A model generated the notes under the pieces. It was given only the letters and a program-made list of their open reading frames with translations, was not told the DNA's origin and ran no database searches. From Pseudobdellovibrionaceae bacterium (lineage in GTDB: Bacteria > Bdellovibrionota > Bdellovibrionia > Bdellovibrionales > Bdellovibrionaceae): a stretch of DNA of 26,474 nucleotides. Positions within the stretch are counted from its first letter, which is position 1. Every line of letters starts with the position of its first letter. A program made the position numbers and the translations under genes. The stretch is from positions 1-26,474 of the forward strand of contig JBIKLL010000032.1 of assembly GCA_044359815.1 (NCBI GenBank). The letters run 5' to 3'. This document shows positions 16,065 through 24,848 of the stretch, in pieces.

Positions 16065-17886
16065 CGGTTTCAAATTCCTTTATAATTTCTGCAGCCGGCC
16101 CCAGTCTATAACACTTTCCTTCTTTAAGCCACAAAACTCGATCACAAATTTTTAATGTCGACAAACGATGGGCGATAATAATTCGCGTTTTACCTTCAAA
16201 AAAATCATCCGTAGCTTTAACTAAAATTTCTTCTGACTGTGGATCAATGGAACTGGTGGCTTCATCAAAGACTACAATGGGGGATTTTTGCAACAAGGTC
16301 CTGGCCAAACTGATTAACTGACGTTCGCCCATGGACAGGTTGCGACCCTTTTCCTCGATCAAATACCCCAAGCCCTCGGGGGTTGCAAAATGACCAAGGC
16401 CCACAATCCTGAGAGCTGAAATCAATTCTTCATCTGTCTGCTCCCACTTCAAGGACAAATTATCTCTGAGAGTTCCTTGAAAACAAACTGGGTCCTGTGA
16501 AATATACGAAATCAGCGACCTGTATAAATTCAGATCTGTGTTTCCTGGATGATGATCCGATATTTTAATTGAGCCTTTTTCAATCGGGTACAAACTGAAC
16601 AGAGTTTGAATGATGCTGGATTTTCCTGATCCCGTTTTGCCAATGATTCCCAGTTTTTCACCGGCTTTCACGTTAAAACTCAAGTCCTTCAATACATAAG
16701 GCAGATCACCGGAATATTTAAACCAGACATTTTCAAAACTGATGGGTAAAGCCTTGGGCCATTTTTGCATTTGTTGAAAAATTGATTGTTGCTCGGCGGG
16801 AGTATAGATTTTGGTAGGTGTTTGAAACTGCACACCAGCCGGCAAAACCGCAAATTTTTCCAGAGGCTTGTTGATGTAATCATCCAAGCGCTCGACTCCA
16901 ACCATGGCCTCTTCAAACTGAGCCATCCATTCAAAAAACATTTGAACTGTGGCGCCAGACAACACCACAAAACTGATGGCTGCTGCCAGCGCTCCAGGTG
17001 ATACAGAGCCCTTCAGCAAAACAAAAACAGCCACCATAGCGGTCAGTAAAAAGAGCAAAGCCGTCAAAGAATTCATTTGCAGGGAAAATAAAAAGACCTG
17101 TTTGGTAGTTTGCATTTTTTTTTCGCGAAAATTAAAATCCAGCAGCTCAAACCTTTGCTGAAACTTGCGTTCGCTAACAAAAGACCTGATTGTACTGGCG
17201 CCCTGAGAGGTCTCGGCAAAATGGGCTATGGAGGGCGAACGATTTTCAGACAGTTCGCGCCTGAGGGCTCTTAGGCGATCCCGATTGCTTCTGTAAATAA
17301 CATAATTTAAAAAACCTGAAATCAGCACAGGGATCAGATATATCGGATGGGCGATGGTCACCAGGATGACCATGCTGATCAGATCAAACAATATGGCAAA
17401 AAACTCTGCCAAGGGACCACCAAACAACCTAAAAATATTTCCGTAATCCGATGAAAATCGCGTGACGATCCTGCCAACCGGAGTGTTATCAAAAAATTTC
17501 ATGGGATATCTGGATGTCCTGACGGTGGTTTCGTCATACAATCTGCTGACGGCCAGTGCCGACAGCCTGGAAAATCCGACTCTAAAAATAACAGTAGCAA
17601 TAAATCCAAACAGCGATACCCAAAGCATCAGATTTAAAAAATCTGCTGATCTGTATTCCGAAAAAACACCAGGCAGGGGACGGCACTGAAAGCTATCCGT
17701 GGATTTGCAAAACGAATCAATCCAAAAGCCAACGATATTGGAATTTGCCAAAATAACCAACCGGCCTAAAAACCCAATCAGCAAAAACAATCCGATATAA
17801 TAACGATAGGGCCAATAGGCAAACCCCAGTGTTCGAAACACTGATGTTGAATATTTGCCTGTAAAATGACTTTCGGATTCTTGCAT
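16039..17886 (-). CDS. ABC exporter half-transporter (TMD+NBD), ABCC C-terminal-half-like
   Basis: FFDNTPVGRIVTRFSSD, Walker A GKTGSGKS, degenerate signature LSMGERQ, Walker B VVFDE, IAHRL. Confidence 0.92.
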   Translation of the reverse strand: MQESESHFTGKYSTSVFRTLGFAYWPYRYYIGLFLLIGFLGRLVILANSNIVGFWIDSFCKSTDSFQCRPLPGVFSEYRSADFLNLMLWVSLFGFIATVIFRVGFSRLSALAVSRLYDETTVRTSRYPMKFFDNTPVGRIVTRFSSDYGNIFRLFGGPLAEFFAILFDLISMVILVTIAHPIYLIPVLISGFLNYVIYRSNRDRLRALRRELSENRSPSIAHFAETSQGASTIRSFVSERKFQQRFELLDFNFREKKMQTTKQVFLFSLQMNSLTALLFLLTAMVAVFVLLKGSVSPGALAAAISFVVLSGATVQMFFEWMAQFEEAMVGVERLDDYINKPLEKFAVLPAGVQFQTPTKIYTPAEQQSIFQQMQKWPKALPISFENVWFKYSGDLPYVLKDLSFNVKAGEKLGIIGKTGSGKSSIIQTLFSLYPIEKGSIKISDHHPGNTDLNLYRSLISYISQDPVCFQGTLRDNLSLKWEQTDEELISALRIVGLGHFATPEGLGYLIEEKGRNLSMGERQLISLARTLLQKSPIVVFDEATSSIDPQSEEILVKATDDFFEGKTRIIIAHRLSTLKICDRVLWLKEGKCYRLGPAAEIIKEFETDGRTGRKI

Positions 17887-17887
17887 T

Positions 17888-19639
17888 TTAGGTGGTCTCG
17901 GCTTCTTTTAGTTCAGTTTGTTTAATAAATTCTTTAAAGTCTTTTTCTTTGCGCAACTGTGACAGGGTTCCTTGCGAATGGACTTTGCCATTCTTAAGAA
18001 AAATTATGTGATCGGCATTTTTTAAAACACTCAGCCTGTGGGTCGACAGCAATATGGTTTCGTTTTTCCAAAGTTTTAATTGCTGTAGCAATTTTTCCTC
18101 GGTACCGATATCCAATGCGCTGAAACAATCATCCAACATGATAATAGGTGCCTTTAAAAAATCCACTCTGGCGATACTGACCCGCTGTTTTTGGCCCCCA
18201 GATAAATTCACCCCGCGTTCGCCAATTTCGGTATCCAGACCCCGAGGCATTTTTTCATCAACTGAATCAAACTGAGCAAAGCTCAATGCTGAATTGATTT
18301 TTAAGTCCTGCTGTAAGGTCGTATCATAACTAAAGGCCACATTGTCGCGCAGGTTACTGCTCATAATAAAGCCTTCTTGAGGAACAAAAGAAAAAAATTG
18401 TTTTAATTGCTGAAGCGAAATTAGCCGGCAATCATTTTTGCCGATAAAATATTTCTGAAACTGAGCTCCGGTTTCGCCCAGTAATGATAGCAACAGCAAA
18501 GTCTTACCGCTGCCGACCTCGCCCACAACGCAGACAAACCAGCCTTTTTTAATCTTCAGATCAATATCCTTTAGAATCAAATGATCCTCTATGACCAGAT
18601 TCAAACTTTCCACATCGATAGCTAAATCGTCTGAGACAACAGGTTGTAATTGGTTTTTAGAAGTTCCTAAAAAATAGGATTTAGAATTTTCAATGGACAG
18701 AAACTGTGAAATTCGAGTCAGCGATGTCCAAGAATCAAAAACAAAAGTAAAAAACCATGGCAGCTGCCTGAGGGGTCTGGTCATAAATACCCCGATAACC
18801 CAAAGACAAGCCATTAAGGTACCGGCTGAAACCTGGTCACCCTGACTGTAAATAATCAGATACAGGCTACCAATATTCAGAAAAAATGTGGCCGATGAAC
18901 TGATGCTGTTCATTGATTGCCCATTGGTGACCATGGTGATGCGATTACCGGTTTCGATTCTGCGTATTTTAAATATTTTTTCTTCGAAACTGTCTATCCA
19001 GCCCAAAATTTTTAAGGACCTAATATTTTGAATCCATTCGTTGACCAGCGCGATTCGGTCAGCAGCAAGTTTTTTGAATCTGAAAAAATACACGCTTTGC
19101 CGGTAGGCCATAAAAACATTTAAAATAAACAGTAAAAATAAAACTGTAAAAACTAGGGTCCAGGGCAGATGAAATAAATAAATCAGGGCAATAGGTGCGA
19201 TAATTAGCGGAAATAAAATATTAGCACCTACTGGTAAGCTTTGCTCTAAAAACACTGTGGCGTGGGGGATGTCTGTGGCATACACGCTGACGAATTCGCC
19301 GACACTGCGGCCCTTGAGACTGTCTGTTTTAAGTAAAAGCACCTTTTCGTACAGTTTTTTGGCCAGGATTCCCTGCATGATGACGGCTTCATTCATGCCT
19401 AAAAAGTTTGTCAGGCCATTCAGTGCCAATGATAAAAACAAACAAAAAAATCCAGCCATTACATGAAAAGCTGATGCCTGTAGCATCCACTCTGGTGACA
19501 TCAAATCGTCTATAAAAAGTTTTTGAAAATAGGGACCCGCCAGCCCAATAATTGTGGCCAGCAATGAAACCAGCAAAATCAGCAAACGAGCCTGCAGCCG
19601 GTGAAAAAATACGAGTCTTAATAATTTTGAAACAGACAT
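17888..19639 (-). CDS. ABC exporter half-transporter (TMD+NBD), ABCC N-terminal-half-like
   Basis: Walker A GEVGSGKT, IGERGVNLSGGQKQR, Walker B IMLDD, STHRL. Confidence 0.92.
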   Translation of the reverse strand: MSVSKLLRLVFFHRLQARLLILLVSLLATIIGLAGPYFQKLFIDDLMSPEWMLQASAFHVMAGFFCLFLSLALNGLTNFLGMNEAVIMQGILAKKLYEKVLLLKTDSLKGRSVGEFVSVYATDIPHATVFLEQSLPVGANILFPLIIAPIALIYLFHLPWTLVFTVLFLLFILNVFMAYRQSVYFFRFKKLAADRIALVNEWIQNIRSLKILGWIDSFEEKIFKIRRIETGNRITMVTNGQSMNSISSSATFFLNIGSLYLIIYSQGDQVSAGTLMACLWVIGVFMTRPLRQLPWFFTFVFDSWTSLTRISQFLSIENSKSYFLGTSKNQLQPVVSDDLAIDVESLNLVIEDHLILKDIDLKIKKGWFVCVVGEVGSGKTLLLLSLLGETGAQFQKYFIGKNDCRLISLQQLKQFFSFVPQEGFIMSSNLRDNVAFSYDTTLQQDLKINSALSFAQFDSVDEKMPRGLDTEIGERGVNLSGGQKQRVSIARVDFLKAPIIMLDDCFSALDIGTEEKLLQQLKLWKNETILLSTHRLSVLKNADHIIFLKNGKVHSQGTLSQLRKEKDFKEFIKQTELKEAETT

Positions 19640-19643
19640 TTTT

Positions 19644-20246
19644 TTAGACTGTCCTACGCTTCAACCAGCCAGTCAAACTGCGTCTGACAAAGTTTGAAGC
19701 CAGCACTCTGTGCGGAAATTGTGCAGAGTCAAAAACCACCAAATGATTCCACATTGGCTGCACAACACCATAATCACTGACCTCTAATTGGCCCCCATCA
19801 GATTCCTGCCAATTTTTGTTTAAATATAAAATTAAAGTAAATACTCGCTCTGTGGTCTGTCCCTGTTTGTTTGAGTGCTGATCGCGGTGAAGTTCGTACT
19901 GAGCTCCATTTTGATATTGTGCAAAATGAAATTCATATTCATTGATTCCCACAAACAGTTGCTGATTCAAAGCGCTGACAAAGGGATTTATAAATTGGTT
20001 TTCAAATTCGGGCAGTTGGTCAATCCAACAGATTAAATCAGATCTGATTTGGGTATTAAGGCTTTGGGTGTTCAATCTGCCAATCTGAGCGGGTTTAAAA
20101 TGGCCTTGCTGAAATTGTTGGTCAAAAGACTGGCTGATGTTTTGGATGAACAATTCATCAAATGCATTCTTTTGCAGGCTGATCCTGTGCTGGCTGAGAT
20201 CTGAAATAATATTATCAATCAGCTGAAGATTGTTTGCCTGAGACAT
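19644..20246 (-). CDS. 2OG-Fe(II) oxygenase, prolyl-hydroxylase (PHD/SM-20)-like
   Basis: IRSDLICW, HxD in YELHRD, RVFTLILYLN, DGGQL, PHRVL and RRSLTGW. Confidence 0.88.
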   Translation of the reverse strand: MSQANNLQLIDNIISDLSQHRISLQKNAFDELFIQNISQSFDQQFQQGHFKPAQIGRLNTQSLNTQIRSDLICWIDQLPEFENQFINPFVSALNQQLFVGINEYEFHFAQYQNGAQYELHRDQHSNKQGQTTERVFTLILYLNKNWQESDGGQLEVSDYGVVQPMWNHLVVFDSAQFPHRVLASNFVRRSLTGWLKRRTV

Positions 20247-20270
20247 GATTTGTTTCTTACACTGAAACCT

Positions 20271-21734
20271 GTGGATAAATCACGTCGAAAATTTTTAAAA
20301 TCTGTAGGGGTTGGTGCTGGTGCCTGGATGGTTTCTGGGTGTTCCACCATAGATAATTTTTATTTAGGGCAAACCAGAGATTTCACTGACCGTGTTGTTA
20401 TTTTGGGTGCAGGGATATCTGGTTTAGTAGCCGCGCTGGAGCTGAAAAAGGCCAACATCCCCTATATTTTGATCGAGGGTTCTAACCGAGTCGGCGGGCG
20501 GATGTTTTCGCTGGATGATTTTGCAGATACGGGCAGAGCCGTTGATCTGGGCGGTGAATGGATTTACCCATCACAATCTGCGATCATATCTTTGGCCAAA
20601 GATTTAAGGGTAGGCTTGGATGAATACAGTTTTTCTGGATTACTGACTGTTCACAAAAATGGCCAATGGGTTGAAACGGCTTCTCATCATCTGGAGCTGC
20701 AAACGGCGTTGGCAAAAATAAACTCTGAAATCTATAATCGGACAAATGAAGTTTTAACACCTGCCAATCAGTTTAATTTTCCTAAGGCAGTTATTTTTAA
20801 TAATCTGTCGATCGAGGATATGATTTCCAGATTGAGTGTCAGAATCAGTTCCGGGGCAGTGAATTACGCCCGATCTTTTACAGTTCAGCAATGGGGTGTT
20901 AGTCCCAAGGAAATCAATGCCTTGATGCTGCTGCATAAATTCAAGGAAATGGGCAGAGCCCGCAGTGCTTTTAGGATTGAGGGCGGGGCGCAAAATTTAG
21001 CGACGGCTATTTTTGACAGAATTTCTGGAGTGATACCTGAAAAAACAATCAAGCTGGGTCATGAGTTAGTAAAAATAAAACCACGGTCAGATTTTTATGA
21101 ACTGTATTTTCAGAATGCTGATCAGATTGTTTCATTTAAGGCTCGACAAATTGTATGTGCCTTGCCACTTAAAATTGCTGCAGAGATCGAGGGGATAGAT
21201 GAATTGAATTTACCCGCTGGATTTTTGACTTTTGTTAAATCTGCGGCCTCATCTGATTTATCCAGAATCACTGCTTTTTCTACTGATAAATTGCCGCCTT
21301 CGAAGTTTTTTAAAAATCAAAATTGGCTGTTTGAAAATCAAGGCTTTTATATGAACGAAGGGCCTTTTGAGCTTAGAAATGAATTGGCAAACAGCAAAGG
21401 GATTTTGCAAGCCACTTATTTTGGTAAGAGCGCCACTGATTTGCCGGCAAGCGCAGGCGAATTGTTGAAAAAACAATTGGCAGAGGTCTTTGGTAAAACG
21501 CCAAATTTCAAAGAAATTCATTTGCACAATTGGGTAAAACACAAATGGGCAAAATCTGGAAAAACCTATTTAAAACCCAAACAAGCTTTGCTGGTGCCAG
21601 CCAATGAGCAGATTCATGATCATTGGAAGTTCTGTGGCGAGTACGCTGTGACCGACGGGATTGGGACAATGAATGCCGCAGTGGTTTCGGCAATGCATGC
21701 GGCTCAGTTTTGGAAGTCTAAAAAAACCAGCTGA
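20271..21734 (+). CDS. Flavin-dependent amine oxidase family protein, predicted Tat lipoprotein
   Basis: SRRKFLK twin-arginine motif, VSG-C lipobox, GAGISGL, RVGGR, DLGGEW, FCGEY..GTMNAAVVSA. Start uncertain (GTG 20271 or TTG 20250). Confidence 0.85.
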   Translation: MDKSRRKFLKSVGVGAGAWMVSGCSTIDNFYLGQTRDFTDRVVILGAGISGLVAALELKKANIPYILIEGSNRVGGRMFSLDDFADTGRAVDLGGEWIYPSQSAIISLAKDLRVGLDEYSFSGLLTVHKNGQWVETASHHLELQTALAKINSEIYNRTNEVLTPANQFNFPKAVIFNNLSIEDMISRLSVRISSGAVNYARSFTVQQWGVSPKEINALMLLHKFKEMGRARSAFRIEGGAQNLATAIFDRISGVIPEKTIKLGHELVKIKPRSDFYELYFQNADQIVSFKARQIVCALPLKIAAEIEGIDELNLPAGFLTFVKSAASSDLSRITAFSTDKLPPSKFFKNQNWLFENQGFYMNEGPFELRNELANSKGILQATYFGKSATDLPASAGELLKKQLAEVFGKTPNFKEIHLHNWVKHKWAKSGKTYLKPKQALLVPANEQIHDHWKFCGEYAVTDGIGTMNAAVVSAMHAAQFWKSKKTS

Positions 21735-21751
21735 GATTATTTTTTTGGGTC

Positions 21752-21779
21752 GATTTTTCTGTACAGATTTTTCTGTACA
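21752..21779 (+). repeat. 14-bp perfect tandem direct repeat upstream of folE
   Basis: GATTTTTCTGTACA twice in tandem. Confidence 0.85.
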
Positions 21780-21809
21780 TTGAGATCTTAAGAAGCTAAC
21801 TGTATTCCC

Positions 21810-22472
21810 ATGGACGCAAAATCGAAAAACCTAATTAATGAAATACTGCAAAAGGTTGAACCTACGCCATTGGTTAAAAACAATTTATCTAATTCAGAAA
21901 AAATCAGCAAAATCGAAATGCATTTCACTGAAATTATGAAAACTCTGGGTATGGATTTGGAAAACGATAGCCTGCGTGAAACTCCAAAGCGAATTGCGAA
22001 AATGTACGTGAATGAAATTTTCAGTGGCCTGGATCCCGAGACCTTTCCAAAGATTACAGTTATTCAAAACGAAATGAAGTATGACCAGATGGTTTTGGTG
22101 CAAAACATTGAGGTCTTAAGTCTTTGTGAGCATCATTTTCAAACCATCGACGGTTTTGCGACTGTGGCCTACATCCCGCAAAAAAAAGTGGTGGGGTTGT
22201 CAAAGATAAATCGAATCGTAAATTATTTTGCCAGAAGGCCTCAGGTTCAAGAACGATTAACAAAACAAATCGCCGATTGTTTGCAGGTAGCTCTGGAGAG
22301 CGAGCACGTGGCGGTTCACATGACGGCCAAACATTATTGTGTGATCGCTAGAGGGGTCACTGACAGTCACAGCACGACGACGACCTCTGATTTACGGGGC
22401 TATTTTAAACGGCAACCTGAAACCCGTTCAGAATTCCTGAACCATTGCCGGAAAAGCCTGGCTTCTAGTTAG
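21810..22472 (+). CDS. folE: GTP cyclohydrolase I
   Basis: [35 protein letters not shown] and HYCVIARG. Confidence 0.96.
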   Translation: MDAKSKNLINEILQKVEPTPLVKNNLSNSEKISKIEMHFTEIMKTLGMDLENDSLRETPKRIAKMYVNEIFSGLDPETFPKITVIQNEMKYDQMVLVQNIEVLSLCEHHFQTIDGFATVAYIPQKKVVGLSKINRIVNYFARRPQVQERLTKQIADCLQVALESEHVAVHMTAKHYCVIARGVTDSHSTTTTSDLRGYFKRQPETRSEFLNHCRKSLASS

Positions 22473-22762
22473 CTCCGCGTATTTTTGAAAGACCACAGCT
22501 CTCTGTTTACTATCAATGCACATATCGCTCTGGCTATGCCTCCCGCCGTCCAGACTCCGCAGAGATCCAGCTTGCAGCTTTTAAGCAAATTCAGTGGGAA
22601 GGCTCTGCACTGGACTAATTGCTAAAAATAAACCTGTTCATTGGGCCGTGATTTTTATTTGAAGTTCAGTTTGGATCATTTTGAGACACAGTACCTGGTC
22701 TATTTCTAGGCGCCCCAATTTTGTATTATAATGAGAGAATCAACAATAACAGAGGAGGGTCT

Positions 22763-23056
22763 ATGAGTTATGATTACGCAAGCATTTATCAATTTTTGAC
22801 TCAGACACCTGAGGGTGGATTGCGAAAAATGTTGGTCGACAATAAGCCAATGAACGAAGGTCATTTTAATTTACTGATCAAGATTATCAGAAACTGCAAA
22901 GAAGAAGATTTTGCAAATCATTATGAAAAACAAGATTTTCCAAAAATCAAAATGTCACCCAGTGAAACAAAAGTGAAAGAGACATTTTGGAAAGATATCA
23001 CCACGACGCTTCAGTCGCGTGGTTTGTTAGCTCCCGCACAAAAGAAAGTCGCTTAG
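22763..23056 (+). CDS. Small hypothetical protein
   Basis: AGGAGG RBS before ATG 22763, TATAAT at 22727-22732, and a downstream hairpin. Confidence 0.8.
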   Translation: MSYDYASIYQFLTQTPEGGLRKMLVDNKPMNEGHFNLLIKIIRNCKEEDFANHYEKQDFPKIKMSPSETKVKETFWKDITTTLQSRGLLAPAQKKVA

Positions 23057-23065
23057 TTTATTCGC

Positions 23066-23104
23066 GCTCTGACCCACAACAGTTTTTCTGTTTTGGTTCA
23101 GAGC
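23066..23104 (+). terminator. Hairpin / probable terminator
   Basis: GCTCTGACCCACAACAG-TTTTT-CTGTTTTGGTTCAGAGC: a 17-bp stem with 2 mismatches, 9 nt after the stop. Confidence 0.55.
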
Positions 23105-23372
23105 CGTTGTTGATTGATTTGCGCAAGCTTGTACTAAAAAAGAAATAATTGATTCAGCAATAGTATTTAATTTTCAATGATGCCGGTGATTTTCTTTTGC
23201 AGGTGTTAAAGTGAAAATACTCCTTCAGGCACAGTGTTTTTCAGAGTCCTCAGTGTTGGGCAGATTGGCTTATTGGTAATAGTCAAAAAAACCTAGCAGT
23301 TAGTTTCAGCCAAATCTAAAAAAATCCCACTTGCTCCGGCGCAGGAGTGAAAATGATTTTGGCTATGAATCT

Positions 23373-23984
23373 TTATGTTTGTACGACTACTTTTTGTAAA
23401 TTAACCGAGTACGCTCGTTTGGTTTTCAATCGATACAGAAACTGATTGAACGATTTCAGATATTCTGTGCGTGCCGCATAGCCAAGCTCGCGCTGCCGGT
23501 GATTGGCTTCAAAATAGGCCCGCAATCCGAGCTCCTCAAATTTGGTGGTGATAATCCTGGTAAAAGCCAACCCATCCCAAAATCTGCCAAAGGATTTTGA
23601 TCTGTGTGCCCCTGTAATTTTACGAGCCAAAATTGCGGCAAAAGTTCTTAAAAAATTCTGAAAATTCTGTCGGTTTTTAAATCGGACTTTCAGGTGTAAA
23701 TGGTTACCCATGTTTACCCATTGAATGATTTCAATAAAATATCTTTTTGATCTGTCTTTTAACAAAGCCGCCGTAAGATTTTTGTTTTTATAGAAGCTTA
23801 ATGATCCAACGGCTTTACTGGATTTTAAAACCACATGGTGAATGGCTCCAGGTATCAGAGGGCGAGCTATTTTTCTGCGGTTTTTTAATTTGCTACCACC
23901 AAAGCTCATGGCCTTTACAAAGCGTAAATCCTGCTTTGGAACAAATGATAACTGCTGGTCATTTTTAGAATTTATTGAACTCAT
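23373..23984 (-). CDS. Y1 HUH transposase-like protein (IS200/RAYT superfamily)
   Basis: HHVVLKS, HUH motif NMGNHLHLKV, FWDGLAFTRI, candidate catalytic Tyr in LRAYFEANH. ATG 23984 preferred; the ORF extends to 24056. Confidence 0.8.
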   Translation of the reverse strand: MSSINSKNDQQLSFVPKQDLRFVKAMSFGGSKLKNRRKIARPLIPGAIHHVVLKSSKAVGSLSFYKNKNLTAALLKDRSKRYFIEIIQWVNMGNHLHLKVRFKNRQNFQNFLRTFAAILARKITGAHRSKSFGRFWDGLAFTRIITTKFEELGLRAYFEANHRQRELGYAARTEYLKSFNQFLYRLKTKRAYSVNLQKVVVQT

Positions 23985-24172
23985 GTGGGGCAATATATTT
24001 AAATAGTTTAAAAAACGCAAAAGTCTTTGAATTGATTGAAAAAAATCTAAAGCCATCAGGGTCTTAAGACACAGAAAAACAATGAAAAGGAGGAAGCAGG
24101 AAAACAGCTCGAAAAATTGAAAGTGGAAAATGGATGATGTTCAACCGGTTAATGAAATAGGAAAATGATAAA

Positions 24173-24427
24173 ATGGAAAATGGAAACAGAAGTGCGGGAA
24201 TAGGGAAAACGAGAAATGGGAGGCTGGAAAATGGAAAAGGAATTACAGGAATTGGAAAAATGAGAGATCGGAGACGGGAAAACAAGAAAAGAAATATAGG
24301 AAAAGGAAAACCGAGAAATCGGAGGCTGGAAAATGGAAAAAGAAATTTAGGAATTGGAAAAATGAGAGATCGGAGACGGAAAAACAAGAAAAGAAATTTA
24401 GGAACAGGAAAAGCGAGAAATCGGAAG
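24173..24427 (+). repeat. Purine-rich tandem repeat: 5 x 51 bp with 102-bp higher-order period
   Basis: GAGA(A/G)AT(C/G)GGA recurs at 24211, 24262, 24313, 24364 and 24415. Alternating units are near-identical. Confidence 0.88.
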
Positions 24428-24512
24428 TGGGAGATTAGAAAATCATTTTTCGAAAAAGGAAGAGCGAAAAAATGAAGGCGGTAAAATAGAAAACGGGAAA
24501 TAGAATTCTCAA

Positions 24513-24655
24513 AAAACTCCGCATCAATGCAGCTCCAATAAAACTCTGCATCGATACAGTTTCAAGAAAACTCACCTTCGCCATCACCATCACCAACGAC
24601 ACATTCCAGACAAAAGTCCGCAACCCAAAAGTCCACAACCAAAAAGTCCTAAACA
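24513..24655 (+). repeat. Short degenerate A/C-rich tandem repeats (27-bp and 15-bp units)
   Basis: AAAACTC at 24513, 24540 and 24567; (C/A)AAAAGTCC at 24611, 24626 and 24641. Confidence 0.7.
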
Positions 24656-24848
24656 CACTTCGCAAACCCGCGCAGAGTCGGCGAAAAGCCAAAACACAAT
24701 GCAAAGGAAAAAGCAAAGATAGGTTAAGATTCTCATATTGAGAATATCTGTTCATATCAGATCAAGAATGTCCCAAAAATTTCTCAAGAAATCGTCAATC
24801 TTTGGCTAAGTACGAGAAATACTATTAAGAAAATTCCACATTTAGCCG

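Noticed and set aside
343..23641. Many short ORFs antisense to or overlapping the called genes, plus 3956-4195(-)
   Set aside because: Shadow ORFs with no motifs, lying on well-supported genes.
24064..24755. ORFs 24064-24387(-), 24173-24475(+) and 24435-24755(-) as genes
   Set aside because: Low-complexity translations of skewed tandem repeats with no recognisable domains; not called as CDS.
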